Below are positions 1-12,906 of a stretch of 64,000 bases of DNA, in pieces. The translations under genes and the position numbers were made by a program. Position 1 is the stretch's first letter, and every line of letters starts with the position of its first letter. The stretch is from Leucoraja ocellata. Taxonomy: Eukaryota. The notes below the pieces were generated by a model. It was not told the DNA's origin and did no database searches. It saw nothing but the letters and a program-made list of their open reading frames with translations. The stretch covers positions 9,982,001 through 10,046,000 of the forward strand of contig JAWMAR010000040.1 in NCBI GenBank assembly GCA_036785375.1, read 5' to 3'.

Positions 1-612
1 CTTGCCAAAGCAGCAAATTTATATATGGCAAATTTTCTTTTTACAAGCAGCAATTCATTGATGAAAATATAGCCTATTTTGGTAATACTGGTGTTGAAAA
101 ACTACTGAGCAGGAAACAGGGAAAATTCCTGTTTGTTGAAGTATTATAGGAATGTTACCTTGCCGAAGTATCATCCAAAACAAAACATCACCTCTAAATG
201 ACAGGATTTCTTGAATACACTCTTCCCTAAATACTGTATTTACATACTCCAGGGATGTGAACACTGCTGCCTGGCTTAACGTTTATTACCCATTTAATCG
301 AAGAAGCAGTCATTTATTTGCATCAGCACAGCACAGGGTAATTGGGAAGTGGTCGTGATCCAATGTGCCATTTGTGCCAGGTGGAAGAGACAATGATTGG
401 CAGAAGAAACAGCCAAGATGTATGCAAATCCTGAAGAAGAATATCTCCAAAGGAGGGATGGTGTCACTGAGCTAACACTGATATACAAATTCAACCTTGA
501 ATAGTTTCTTTAGATGCATTACTTCATTATTATGACCACAAATAAAAGTGTTGCAGTTTTTCAAACCGTAAGCAATGTATTTTTGGATTAACTCTGTGTT
601 TCTTTATTTCAG

Positions 613-1259
613 ACTATGTCAATCAGAATATAGGTGGCACATCTTCAGGAATGCACACCTCAGGACCTGCATTTTCCACCCTCCACAGACTTCGCCGGAA
701 GAGGAAGCCACCCCGGGTGAAGGATCCCTTAGATGACATTCTTCTTAAATTTCTCACAGCGCAGAGGGTAGTGGAGGAACGTTTCCTGCAAATGGAGGAG
801 CGCAGAATGCAACGGGACATGGAACTAGAGGACAGGCGGATGCAACTGGAACAGCGCCGGATGGAGCTGGAACGGGAGCACGAGTACAGAATGTTCACCA
901 TCTTTGCTCAGATGGTGAATGCGCTTCGACACGGTGGCTCCGTGCAGAACTTGGGCTTGGACCTCAGCCGAGTCTTCTCACAGTCCTCTGACCAAGCTAC
1001 TGAAACAGTTGGAAGCCCGAGCTCAGCCTCCACCTCCAAAGATGGTAGCAGTAGAGTGCTCCAGCATCAGAGCAAACCTTTACCAAATGGATTGAGAGAT
1101 GTTACAACTCATGCAGAATTGAATCCAACATTCCAGCACCTTCAGTCAAGTATTTATTTATCGAAAAGAGGAAACGAAATTAAGAATTTTTTTGGAATAT
1201 TTCAGAAAGATTCTCCTGCGCATCACGCAGATAAGTACGATGAAGACAAAAACCCGAAT
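613..1259 (+). CDS. ACCS: ACCS-like gene, first exon visible in the window (phase 1 start, so further exons lie upstream): basic patch, E/R/M-rich coiled coil, linker, then start of the ACCS domain
   Basis: tttcag| acceptor at 611-612 and |gtgagt donor at 1260. Open frame encodes RRKRK...EERRMQRDMELEDRRMQLEQRRMELEREHE...LSKRGNEIK..DKYDEDKNPN, which matches the ACCS N-terminal motif (LSxRG...YDEDKNPxG). Confidence 0.88.
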
Positions 1260-2190
1260 GTGAGTCTATTAAGCTGTGTTAAATAACCAAGTGTAGGTGT
1301 GAATTACTACTTTAGTTTGGGCATTTGTATTCAATCACTTTCTGTTTGGGATATGTTAGCTATGTAATTTAAATCTATATCCAATTTCAGATTGGTTAAT
1401 ATATTTTACCAGGGTTTTTAAGACACAGTAAGAAGAATCTATTTAAGAGACTTTAGGTCAAAGTGAAAAATTAATCTGCACACATAAAGCTGTCCAAATG
1501 TAGCAAAATCTTTAAAATGTTAATATTAAGTGGAGATGGTGGAAAATTGTCACACAATTGTCTTAAGATATTCATGGGCTTGGGTTAACTTACCTTGCAG
1601 TTTGGTACATATGAAAAATGTTGTAGACTTGATCCTTTTAACATTATGAACATTATGAATATTGTACATTAAATTTCACGTTTGGTGTGGGCACTACTCT
1701 GCACACAGGTTTATTGTCTATACATAGCTTTCTATCCACAGGAGATGAAATGTTGGATTCTGGTGCAAAAAGCAAATTGCTGAAGGAATTCAGTGAGTCA
1801 GGCAACCGTTTTGGGTGATGTATGACTGTATCAGGACTGATGCAGGGTTGTGACCCAAAACGTTGACTTTCCCTTTGCCTGTACAGATTCTGCCGGACCC
1901 GCTGAGTTCCACCAGCAGTTTGTTATTTGCACCATTCTGGATCACTGCACTTACCCACGGAAAGTTCTTACAGGAGCTTTATTGGTGGTTGTTAAAGTTG
2001 CTTCTATTTCTCTGCAGTGTTGATTTTTGATCACTTTGTAATACATTATCAAGCATATTTAATCTTCATTCCAATGCAGTCAATAAGAAAGTTTACAAAT
2101 CACGTCGATTAAATTTGAGTCAATTTTAATCTTCATTGTACCTGTACTAAGAAATAATTTCATTATAATCTTCATTATACTAAGAATATC

Positions 2191-2430
2191 ACACAGAGAG
2201 TTGTGAATTTTTGGAATTCACTGCCTCAGAAGGCAGTGGAGGCCGATTCACTGAATGAATTCTAAAGAGAGTTAGATGGAGCTCTTAGGGCTAGCGGAAT
2301 CAAGGGTTATGGGGAGAAGGCAGGAACGGGGTACTGATTGTGGATGATCAGCCATGATCACATTGAATGGTGGTGCTGGCTCGAAGGGCCGAATGGCCTA
2401 CTCCTGCACCTATTGTCTATGTATCTATGT
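2191..2430 (+). mobile_element. CR1 3' end
   Basis: cagagagttgtgaat...ggcctactcctgcacctattgtctatgt tail shared with other CR1 copies in the window. Confidence 0.85.
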
Positions 2431-3024
2431 AAATATTGATAATTGATGGGATGATGAATATTTTTTTGCTGTTTTTAAAACTGAAGTAAACAGACATCTA
2501 AAAGCTCTTTCTGACATGCAAGTGTATTAATCGAATGTTTTAATAGGCATGTTAATCTTACATTTACCTAATCTATGGGAGGATGTTGCCTTTGGTCATT
2601 ATGTGCCAGGAACAATGTCCTTGGTTTTTCATTTCCTTTGGTCTTCCTGGAAATCATTGTATGATTCATATTTGCTGCGTGGCTGATGTACAGACGAGAA
2701 GAGTATTTTCTCTCCGTTCCATTCTCATAAATCAGCAAAACCTGCGGATTTCAGTAAGCTGGAAAACTCATCTCCAGCAATATCTATGTTGTTTTAAATA
2801 CAGTTTGTTGGGTGTAAATAATGTAACTATTAATGTTACGAAGCATAATCAGTGAAGATTCAGAAAGGCCTTCCACATGCTTTAAATTAAATTTGACTTT
2901 GATGGTAGAATTGGAGCCACCTAACACTGATATTGTAGGACAAATTGCAAAGTATGTTTGCATATAATTTACTTTTCTTCAGATGTATGTCATTATATTT
3001 GATTTACTTTCATCTTTGTTCCAG

Positions 3025-3084
3025 GGCATTATTAATCTGGGAACCAGTGAAAACAAGCTGTGCTTTGATCTTCTTTCCAAAAGG
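3025..3084 (+). CDS. ACCS: ACCS exon GIINLGTSENKLCFDLLSKR
   Basis: ccag|...|gtatgt, 60 nt. Hallmark ACS/ACCS motif GIINLGTSENKL. Confidence 0.96.
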
Positions 3085-3440
3085 GTATGTCCATTTGTAC
3101 ACTTTTATATCATTCAAAGAATGATTTAAATGCGCTTCCTAAATATTACTTACATTGTTCAACTTTTTCCTATGCTAATGTTTAAAGCAATTTAAAGCAA
3201 TAATGTTTGCAAATGAATTTCATGCTTTCGACAAAAGTTCCTATATTCCATTTCTTCAGAAGATTTATGGTTGTCCTTCCGTTTCATGTCCTGAATCTTT
3301 CATATAAAACTCTAAATTTCCAAATTAACTCACAACAAAGTTTAAACCATTTTCATAACTGACTTGTAAATTTATAGTTATTAATTGATTAACAAGTTTT
3401 AAGCACGCTCAATTGAACGGTTGATTGCTCCTTTTTGCAG

Positions 3441-3511
3441 GTGATGCAGACTGACATAATACAGATGGACCTGCCACTCTTGGAGTGTCCAGACTGGAAT
3501 GGACACGAGTT
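3441..3511 (+). CDS. ACCS: ACCS exon VMQTDIIQMDLPLLECPDWNGHE
   Basis: tgcag|...|gtaagt, 71 nt, phase consistent. Aligns to the LLQYxDWxGH motif. Confidence 0.92.
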
Positions 3512-3999
3512 GTAAGTACTGTGTGATTTTAATTAGTAGTTTATTGATATTACATCACTTTAATTTGAATGTGCATCCACGAACATATACTGTCAAAAAT
3601 CTGACTAAATGTTCTGGGTTAATATTTCAACGCATAACATTAGAGATGTTCTGTTGTTTCAGTTTAGAAATTAAAATGAAATCTAGAGCGACCCAAGGAA
3701 CTGCAGACTCTGGTTTACACAAAAAGACACAAAATGCTGGAGTAACTCAGTGGGCCAGGTAGCATCTTTGGAGAACATAGATAGATCACGTTTCAGGTCA
3801 GGACCCTTCCTCAAACTGATTCTGGTGGGGGAGGGAAAGCTCGATGAGAAGTGGGGGAAAGACAAAGCTTGCAGGTGAAGTGAAGGGGGGGGGGGAGGTT
3901 AACTGGCAGATAGTTGGACAAAGACCACAGGTGAAAAGACAAAAAGTGTGAAATCAGGATAGAAGAGTGCAAATTGTGAAGCCAGAGCAAGGAATATGA

Positions 4000-4795
4000 A
4001 GCAGGTAGGATCCTCAGACCTCAGTAATGAGAGATTGAAGAGGTCTGCAAAAAACACCAGCCAGTTGGTCCGCGCATGTTTTGATAAGGAACCAGATACT
4101 TCATCAGTTCCAGACACTTTCTGAGGGTTCACCCTCATGAAGGATCTTCTGACATCAACCTTGGTGACTGAGATTACAATATCAGCGGGGGGCTATGGGA
4201 GCCTTGAGTATTCAATATTCTCCCTATGAAAGTGTGCATAGAATACATTAAGCTTGTCCAGGAGTAATGCCTCATTGTCCCTTGAGCTGCCACTTGGTTT
4301 TGCCTTGTAGCACGTAATGGTGTACAAGCCACAGCTGCTGAATATCTGTCTCATCCTCTAATTTAGAGCAGAAGCCCCTTTTAGCCTTTTTGATGGCCTT
4401 ATTGAGATCATACCTGGACTCGTATGAATCTACATCAACAGACTTGATTGCCCGAGATGTGGTCCTAAGAAGATTGCAGACCTCCCGTTTCATCCAATGC
4501 TTCGGGTTTGGGAAACACTTGGATGGTTTTGGTGGGAACACATCCCTACGTACATTTCCTTATGAAGTCAGTAACAACTGTGGTGTATTTGTTCAGGTCA
4601 GTTGCTGTGTCCATAAATATTGTGCAGTCTACCAACTCAAAGCAATCCCACTGTCGTTCCTTTGCCTTCCCTGACCAGCTTAGGGCAGTCCACACATCTG
4701 GGGCTGCGGCCTTCAGTCGCTGCCGATATGCAAGAAGAGGTACAGGCCAGGGGTCAGATTTTCCAAAGTGTGGGCAAGGAATGTAGCGATGGCAT
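4000..4795 (-). mobile_element. Rex1/Babar-type LINE fragment
   Basis: FPNPKHWM, RYDLNKAIKKAKR and RVNPQKVSGTD...ADLFNLSL peptides. Confidence 0.75.
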
Positions 4796-4805
4796 ATCTG
4801 ATATA

Positions 4806-6534
4806 TCTTGTATACTCTGGAATTTAGAAGGATGAGAGGGTATCTTATTGAAACATATACGATTATTAAGGGATTGGACACGCTAGAGGCAGGAAACATG
4901 TTCCCAGTTGGGGGAGTCCAGAACCAGGGGCCACAGTTTGAGAATAAGGGGTAGGCCATTTAGAACGGAGATGAGGAAAAACCTTTTCACCCAGAGAGTT
5001 GTGAATCTGTGGAATTTACTGCAGTGTGGAAGGCAGTGGAGGCCAATTCTCTGGATTCTTTCAAGAGAGAGATAGATAGAACTCTTAAAGGATGAATGAA
5101 TGATTGAATGGATGAACGAATGAATGAATGAATAGTTTTATTTCAGTCCTACATTAAAAAGAACAAAACTTTACAATCTGTGTGAATATGAACCAACACT
5201 GTGTCCATTTCACACAACGTTCACATAATCAATGACTGAAAAATAGGCTGAAGCCACAAAGCTTATTTTTTCCTATCCTATACAATCCATAAGATAACCC
5301 GGAATATCAGCATTACAAAGGAAAGAAAAAAAATAAAATTTACTCTAAATTGTAATCCTTACTTATTTTACATTTTAATCATTTTACATTATAATCCTTA
5401 ATTATTTTACATTTTAAGGCTTTTTTGAAACTCAACGGAGAGATACAAAATTTCAACTCATCACTAAGCCCGTTCCATAATTTGACTCCCAAAACTGAGA
5501 CACATCTATATTTTACATTGGTTCTCACTTTACATGTTTGAAAAATACACAACCCCCTTAAATTATAATGTCCTTTTCTTATTTAATTTATTTTTGAATA
5601 CTAACAGAAAGGCTTTTATTCCTAACTCGGAAAAGTATTTCTAATGTGTTTACATGCACAATATCCAAAAATGTTAAGACTTTATGAATAATGGATTTGT
5701 AGTTTCACGGTAAGAAGCTTTATGTATTATTCTAATAGCTCTTTTCTGGAGTTTAATTATAGAGTCTATATTTGTTTTATATACATTTCCCCAAACTTCA
5801 ACACAATATGATGTATATGGCATTATAAACGAGCAATACAATATGTACAAACACCTTATTCAACAGATCCTTTGTTTTGTAAAGAATAGCAATGGATTTA
5901 GATAATTTTCATTTGATGTATTCTATATGTGGCTTCCAACAAAGTTTACGATCTATAATCACTCCCAGGAATTTTATTTGGTATACTCTTTCAATTTCAA
6001 CTCCATTTAAATTCAATTTTATTTCACAATTAACCCTGTCACCACCAAACACCATAAATGTTGTTTTATTTTCATTTAGGGATAACCATATAAACCATAA
6101 TACAATTACAGCATGGAAACAGGCCAACTCGGCCCTTCTAGTCCGTGCCGAACACTTATTCTCCCCTAGTCCCATCTACCTGCACTCAGACCATAACCCT
6201 CCATTCCTTTCCCGTCCATATACCTATCCAATTTATTTTTAAATTATTAAATTTCAAACCATTTTTTTAGCACTATCATTTCTCTTTCTACTGTTTTCAA
6301 TAGTTCTTTTATTATCATTCCCTGAACAAAATACATTTTTATCATCCACAAACGTAACAAACTTCAACGTATTAGATAGTTTACAAATATCATTTAAAGA
6401 TACCGGAGTCAAGGGATACGGAGAGAAGGCAAGAACGGGGTACTGAATGTGGATGATCAGCCATGATCACAGTGAATGGCGGTACTAGCTCGAAGTGCCG
6501 AATGGCCTACTCCTGCACCTATTGTCTATTGTCT
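4806..6534 (+). mobile_element. CR1 3' fragment split by a nested insertion (CR1 parts ~4806-5090 and ~6396-6534)
   Basis: The two halves join across TTAAAG to give the same sequence as the intact CR1 end at ~7786-7841. Confidence 0.8.
5091..6395 (-). mobile_element. AT-rich L2-group (Crack/Daphne-like) LINE 3' fragment, itself containing a CR1 tail at ~6085-6240
   Basis: LSLNENKT..M.F...IERV.QIKFLGVIID.KL.WKPHI peptide. AATAAA plus (TTCA)n tail on the minus strand. Confidence 0.75.
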
Positions 6535-6544
6535 AATGATGGTG

Positions 6545-7841
6545 GAGGAAATGGAATTATAGACCAGTTAGCCTGACATCGGTGGTGGGGAAGATGCTGG
6601 AGTCAATTATAAAAGATGAAATAGCGGCACATTTGGATAGCAGTAACAGGATCTGAGTCAGCATGGATTTACGAAGGGGAAATCATGCTTGACTAATCTT
6701 CTGGAATTTTTTGAGGATGTAACTAGGAAAATGGACAAGGGAGAGGCAGTGGATGTAGTATACCTGGACTTTCAGAAAGCATTTGATAAGCATAGGAGAT
6801 TAGTGGGCAAAATTAGGGCACATGGAATTGGGGGTAGAGTGCTGACATGGATAGAAAATTGGTTGGCAGACATGAAACAAAGAGTAGGGATTAACAGGTC
6901 CCTTTCAGAATGGCAAGCAGTGACTAGTGGGGTATCGCAAGGCTCGGTGCTGGGACAGCAGCTATTTACAATATGCATCAATGATTTAGATGAAGGGATT
7001 CAAAGTAACATTAGCAAATTTGCAGATGACACAGAGCTGGGTGGCAGTGTGAACTGTGAGGAGGATCCTATGAGAATGCAGGGTGACTTGGACAGGTTGG
7101 GTGAGTGGGCAGATACATGGCAGATGCAGTTTAATGTGGATAAATTTTGCTTCTTTAGTAGCCAAAACAGGAAGGCAGATTACTATCGAAATGGTGTCAA
7201 GTTGGGAAAAGGGGAAGTTCAACGAGATCTGGGGGTCCTTGTTCATCAGTCAATGAAAGTAAGCATGCAGGTACAGCAGGCAGTGAAGAAAGCAAATGGC
7301 ATGTTGGCCTGTCTAACAAGAGGAATTGAGTATAGGAGCAAAGAGGTCCTTCTGTGGTTGTATAGGGCTCTAGTGAGACCACACTGGAGTATTGTGTGCA
7401 GTTTTGGTCCCCTAATTTGTGGAAGGACATTCATGCTATTGAGGGAGTGCAGTGTAGGTTTACAAGGTTAATTCCCGGGATGGCGGGACTGTCATGTGCT
7501 GAGAGAATGGAGCGGCTGGGCTTGTATACTCTGGAGTTTAGAAGGATGAGAGGCAATCTTATCGAAACATATAAGATTATTAAGGGTTTGGACACGGTAG
7601 AGGCAGGAAACATGTTCCTGATGTTGGGGGAGTCCAGAACCAGGGGCCACAGTTTAAGAATAAGGGGTGAGCCATTTAGAACGGAGATGAGGACACACGT
7701 TTTCTCACAGAGAGTTGTGAGTGTGTGGAATTCTCTGCTTCAGTTTGCCTCGGCCGGTTTTCTGGATACTTTCAAGAGAGAGCTAGATAGGGCTCTTAAA
7801 GATAATGGAGTCAGGGGATATGGGGAGAAGGCAGGAACGGG
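6545..7841 (+). mobile_element. CR1 LINE ORF2 fragment (reverse transcriptase to C-terminus), frameshifted
   Basis: YRPVSLTS, VYLDFQKAFDK, SGVSQGSVLG, FADDT and LEFRRMRG motifs. Confidence 0.95.
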
Positions 7842-8337
7842 ATTAAGAAACATCGGGTGGCACTGTGAGCGGCAGCCTGCAGTTTGTCTGTCATTTCACC
7901 CTTTTTGTTATTTTTAGTGAACCAAAAAGTTTAATCTTGTACACATTGAGTTTCAAAGTTTCATTATTTTTAAGGTTGACTGAAGTAGATAAACTCAACT
8001 GTTAACTTTTTCATTGCTTGACATTTCCTTATCTCTATTAAACCCCGACATTACTCTGGTTCAGAAACTCACCATGTTGCATTTTTCACTCCTTGAAGCC
8101 AGCAACAAAGGATCATGTCACAGTGCTCCAATAATACTAAATAGCCTTACATTTATAAGAAAGAAATATAAGCATTTAAGTAATATTGCTGACACTGTTT
8201 ACTTCTTACTTCTTTTAACCTGATAATTTTGTTAATGTATGTTTTGCTTCAAGCCAGAATTTAAACATGAAGAAATGTGAAAGAAAGAGGTATATTTATC
8301 TATCACCTTTTGTCTTTGCTTTTTTCTGCAACCTCAG

Positions 8338-8407
8338 TCTCAGAGTGGAAGTTGGAAGGTTTTTGACGCATCACTGTAAGGCATCTGTATACATCAAGCC
8401 TGACAAC
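8338..8407 (+). CDS. ACCS: ACCS exon (F)LRVEVGRFLTHHCKASVYIKPDN
   Basis: ctcag|...|gtgagt, 70 nt. Aligns to LREEVAxFL...L.PEN. Confidence 0.92.
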
Positions 8408-9033
8408 GTGAGTAATGGAGTAACCAATATAAAGAAAAAAGGAATATTTGGGCATATTAAATAAATTTTAATAAACTGTGTTACAGAGAATGTGAATGGT
8501 TAATATCACTTCTATCTCTTCATGACATTTTGTGGCAGATCTTTTAATTAGCCTGGTCCAATAGCCTGGTTGAACCTACAAACTAGGAGGAAGAGAATGC
8601 CACTCAGACCCTCGTCTATTCTGCGATTTAATAAAATCATGGCTGATCTGTTCTAACACCAACTCTGCATTCCTGTGTACCTGTGAAAATATTTCAATCT
8701 ACTGCGCCCAGTGTTCCCGATGTGGGCTTTTGTAAATCAGTGAGACCAATTGTAGACTCCGCAACTATTTTGCCAAATGCCACTCTGTCCGCCAATGCCT
8801 ACTAGATCTTCATACCACTTTCACTCCCATTCCCATTCTGATCTTTCTTGCCAGGGCCTCCTCCATTGCCAGAGTGAGGCCAAATGCAAATTGGACGAAC
8901 ACCGCCTTGTATCCCAATTTTGTTTACAGATGGAGTTTGAGTAGGTGTTATTTTTCCTTACAAATGTAATACTTTTACATAAAATACTTTGTAACCAAGA
9001 ATGATGCATTCAATACTTTTGTCATTATTCTAG

Positions 9034-9100
9034 ATAGTGGTGGTTAATGGATGTGGATCTCTCTTTTCCTCATTGTCTGCTGTGCTCTGTGATCCTGGAG
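9034..9100 (+). CDS. ACCS: ACCS exon IVVVNGCGSLFSSLSAVLCDPG
   Basis: ctag|...|gtaggt, 67 nt. Conserved VVxNG..SLF...LCDPG motif. Confidence 0.95.
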
Positions 9101-9696
9101 GTAGGTGAAGGCCGAAACTGTAGTTGTTTATTTGAACAACAAAATAATTGGTTTTGCTTTTCAGTAGGTTAAAGTTGTACTGTGGATGTGATGTTGTTCC
9201 ATGACATTTGACATATCAATATTGTAAAATTACCTTTTAAACTACTGTCAGTGTTTGAAATGGACTTGTAAAAATAAATTAAAAACTCAGTCCCTGATCC
9301 AGAAATAAATATTAAAACTAAAACATATAACAGGATTGAGAGTAACTGTGCTTGCTACAAACAGTATTCAAATGAGTTAGTAACAAAGGGCCACTGAAAC
9401 CCTTGGTTTCTCCACCTCCCCTTTCTCAACCGGTAAACATGCCCATGATTGTTACAGGCTAATCATTGCAGATTCAGGACATTACTGCTAGTATTCCTTG
9501 TTGCCCCAGGATAGCATCTATAATCCAGTTATAAATAGCTGCTTTATCAATGATCCAGGTGGGAAAGTTGAACTATAGTATAGAGATTAAAGCTGCATGT
9601 CTAGGAGGCAGGCCAGACAAGACTTGGGGCAGAAGAGGGAACATGGATGGTCTGAACAGCTAGTTTGCTTCAAAGCAAGAGGCCTTGCAGGTAAGA

Positions 9697-10195
9697 CATA
9701 GAAACATAGAAAATAAGTGCAGGAGTAGGCCGTTCAGCTCTTCGACCCAGCACCGCCATTCAATATGACCATGGCTGATAATCCAAAATCAGCACCCTGT
9801 TCCTGCCTTTTCCCCATACCCCTTGGTTCCGTTAGCCCTAAGAGCTAAATCTAACTCTCTCTTGAAATTATACAGTGAATTGGCCTCCACTGCCTTCTGT
9901 GGCAGAGAATTCCACAGATTCATCACTGTCTGAGTGAAAACGTTTTTCCTCATCGCAGTCCTAAATGGCCTACCCCATATTCTCAAACTGTGATCTCTGG
10001 TTCTGGACTCCCCGAACATTGGGAACATTTTTTCAGCATCTAGCCCGTCCAATCCCTGAAGAATTTTATATGTTTCTGTAAAATATCCTCTCATCCTTCT
10101 AAATTCCAGTGAATACAAGCCCAGTCGACCCATTATTGCATCATATGTCAGTCCTGCCATAACCTGGTGAACCTATGCTGCACTCCCTCGATAGC
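9697..10195 (-). mobile_element. CR1 3' fragment
   Basis: ORF 9789-10160 (LGLYSLEFRRMRG...NLWNSLP) plus CR1 tail. Confidence 0.9.
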
Positions 10196-11063
10196 AAAAG
10201 ACATTGGATGAACTTGGAGCATGAATCGGCACATGGGATTATGATATTATAGCTATCACAGAAATGTGGTTGAGCGATGGACAGGACTGGCAGCTCAATA
10301 TTGCAGGAAACTGATGCTTGCAGCGTGAGAGAGATGGAGGTAATTTAGGAGGGATTCCAGCATTGATCAAAGAGAGGATGTGCCGGGAAACATCCAGCAA
10401 GGCCATTTGGGTAGACCTTAAAAATACAGAAAGAGTGATCACGTTGATGGAATTATACTGTAACCCTGCCCCCTCCCTCTAATAATCAGCAGGAATTAGA
10501 GGAAATATATACAGGGAGTTTGCAGAAGCTGTAGGAACAACAGTTTTGTGATAGTAGATGAGTTTACCTTATTATTGGTTGGAAGCACTTTGGGTTCGAT
10601 GACCATAATTCTGTGTGTTTCAAGATGGTCATGGAAAATGGTTGGACTGGTTCACAAATTAATGGCCTAAATTGTGGGAAGGCTTATTGAAAACAAAACT
10701 TTTCACTGAACCTCATAGCATTTGACAATAATAAACCATTTATCTGCCTGAACTCTTGTCTATAACATTCTATTGTTGAAAGTGCAATTCTGACAGACAT
10801 GATTGATTAGTATCACAAATTGCACTGTGCAATGAGCACGCATATAGTACATCACATTTCTGGGGAAATTTTGATCTTGTTGAACAATGTTATCATTGAC
10901 ACTAATTTATATCCCATATTTGCACCTAAATCAGGATGCTTAGTAGTAAAATAGAATTTTGAATAAAACCACAAATTTGTCTTGTTTTTAAAAAATGTTT
11001 TCATAAACCGGTTTCACTATTCAGCCATAGAACATTGGTTACTTGCAACAAGTGTGCTGATGT

Positions 11064-11128
11064 TTCATTCATACATTCATTCAATCATGCATTCATGCAT
11101 TCATTCATTCATGCATTCATTCATTCAT
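11064..11128. repeat. (TTCA/TGCA)n microsatellite
   Basis: Imperfect tetranucleotide tandem repeat. Confidence 0.8.
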
Positions 11129-11228
11129 AAAATTGTTTTGTTCAATAGTAAAGGACTATTTAAATTCTAAGTTGCTGGCTATTTACTAAAATGACTTTAA
11201 TGTAACTGTTTTCCTTCTGTGCTGACAG

Positions 11229-11326
11229 ATAGAATTCTTCTACCCACACCATACTATGGTGTTATCAAGGATGATATTTTTCTCTACAGCAAAGTCAAAC
11301 CATTGCATGTGCATTTGGAGAGCAAA
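11229..11326 (+). CDS. ACCS: ACCS exon (D)RILLPTPYYGVIKDDIFLYSKVKPLHVHLESK
   Basis: acag|...|gtaaga, 98 nt. PTPYYG motif. Confidence 0.95.
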
Positions 11327-11884
11327 GTAAGAGTAAAAACAACTGAACATTTGACGTTGTGGTTCCTTGTATTTAGTAGCTGCTTATTGTCAAACCTGTC
11401 CAGATCTTAAGCTTCTGTTTGGGTGAATGCAAAGTATTCAAGCAAGGTAGATCCGTACTGTAATTAAAGAACCAACATTGTGTTTAGAACTAGTATTTGA
11501 GAGAGTATTTTTGTTCAAGATGTGTGTTGAACATATCATTTCAATGTAATTCGCTAAAACACCCTTGAATTGAATCAGAATGCATACATCAGCCTCTTAT
11601 ATGCATAACATGATTCCTTTTCATTTATGGGTCCTGCCACACCCGTCATAATGGGGAAAGTGTCTTTTTAAATTCTCCTCATATCCCAATGTTCACAGTT
11701 CTCCAACTATGCAAACTGCACATACATATAGTTTTGCCAAAGGAGAGTTGGATGAGCCATTAGTATTGGCTTCAGTTTGCATGTAATGTTAATTATATAG
11801 TTGAGAAAGGTGGAAATTGATATCATAGAGAATTATAAGTGTAAACCCAAGTATTGCTGTGTATTTGCCTTGGCCTTGTTTTAG

Positions 11885-11962
11885 GTGACTGATGGTGACA
11901 CACGTCCATTTCAACTTACAGTGGGAAAGCTGAAAAAATCAATGGAAGCTGCAAAGCTCCAG
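11885..11962 (+). CDS. ACCS: ACCS exon VTDGDTRPFQLTVGKLKKSMEAAKLQ
   Basis: ttag|...|gtgaat, 78 nt. TRPFQLTV motif. Confidence 0.94.
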
Positions 11963-12266
11963 GTGAATGATTCAGAAATGTTCATCGTTTTGATCGTAGA
12001 TAGTAATTTTTCAGTTTCGGTTTCAGTTTAGATTATTGTCATTTGTACCGAGGTACAGTGAAAGGCTTTTGTTGCGATAAATTACAACAATGAAAGAGGA
12101 AAATATGTTTAGAAAAACAAACTAATTGAACTGAACCTTTTCTTTCTCAGCTCCAGGTCAGAATCCCCATTGAGCTGAATGGGAATTTTAGTGCTAAGTC
12201 AGGTTATTACATTAAGGGTTAGACAATAGCAATCTCATAGTTTATTTAAAATATATTCCACAATTT

Positions 12267-12563
12267 GGGCAGCACTGTGGCGCAGCAGTAGAGTTGCTGA
12301 CTTCCAGCGCCAGGGGCCCGGGTTCAATCCTAACTACAGGTGCTTGTCTACAGAGTTTGTACGTTCTCCTCGTGATCTGCGTGGGTTTTCTCCAAAATCT
12401 TTGGTTTCCTCCCATACTCCATAGATGTACAGGTTTGTATGTAAATCGGCTTGGTATAAATGTAAATTGTCCCTAATGTGTGTAGGATAGTGTTAATGTG
12501 CGGGAATCGCTGGTCGGTGCCGACCCGATGAGTTGAAGAGCCTGTTTCCGAGCTGTATCTCTA
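12267..12563 (+). mobile_element. tRNA-derived V-SINE (HE1-like)
   Basis: A box TGGCGCAGCAG, B box GGTTCAATCC, V-domain (gagtttgtacgttctcc...gtgggttttctcc) and CR1-like tail. Confidence 0.8.
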
Positions 12564-12805
12564 AACTATAAATTAAATTTAGGGTTAGGTGAAAGCAAGG
12601 TGGAAACACTTGTAAATTAGAATGAGAAATTGAAGTAACTGACACAAAAATAATTACATGTTTAATGATGCACTTTGTTTTTGGGTATTATAATTACCAT
12701 TCATGACTCCAAAAATGACTCTTAAAATCTTCACTCTAATTATACTAATCTTTCATTGTAAGGTAGTTTTGCAATAACCCTAACAATTTTTCTGTGTATT
12801 CACAG

Positions 12806-12906
12806 GGTAAGAAGGTCACAGCCATGATTCTAACAAACCCTCACAATCCCCTGGGTGATATTTATTCAGCAACAGAAATGAAAGAATTTCTTGAGTTTGC
12901 TAAAAG
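12806..12906 (+). CDS. ACCS: ACCS exon GKKVTAMILTNPHNPLGDIYSATEMKEFLEFAK
   Basis: cacag|...|gtgaga, 101 nt. NPxNPLG aminotransferase class I motif. Confidence 0.96.

Noticed and set aside
381-567. Possible additional upstream ACCS exon (ccag|gtgg... or tttag|atg...acc|gtaagc)
   Set aside because: In-frame stops or wrong phase relative to the exon at 613, and the implied intron would be only 45 nt.
6689-7917. Reverse transcriptase ORF as a novel RT system
   Set aside because: Ordinary frameshifted CR1 ORF2 with typical 3' end and many sibling fragments in the window.
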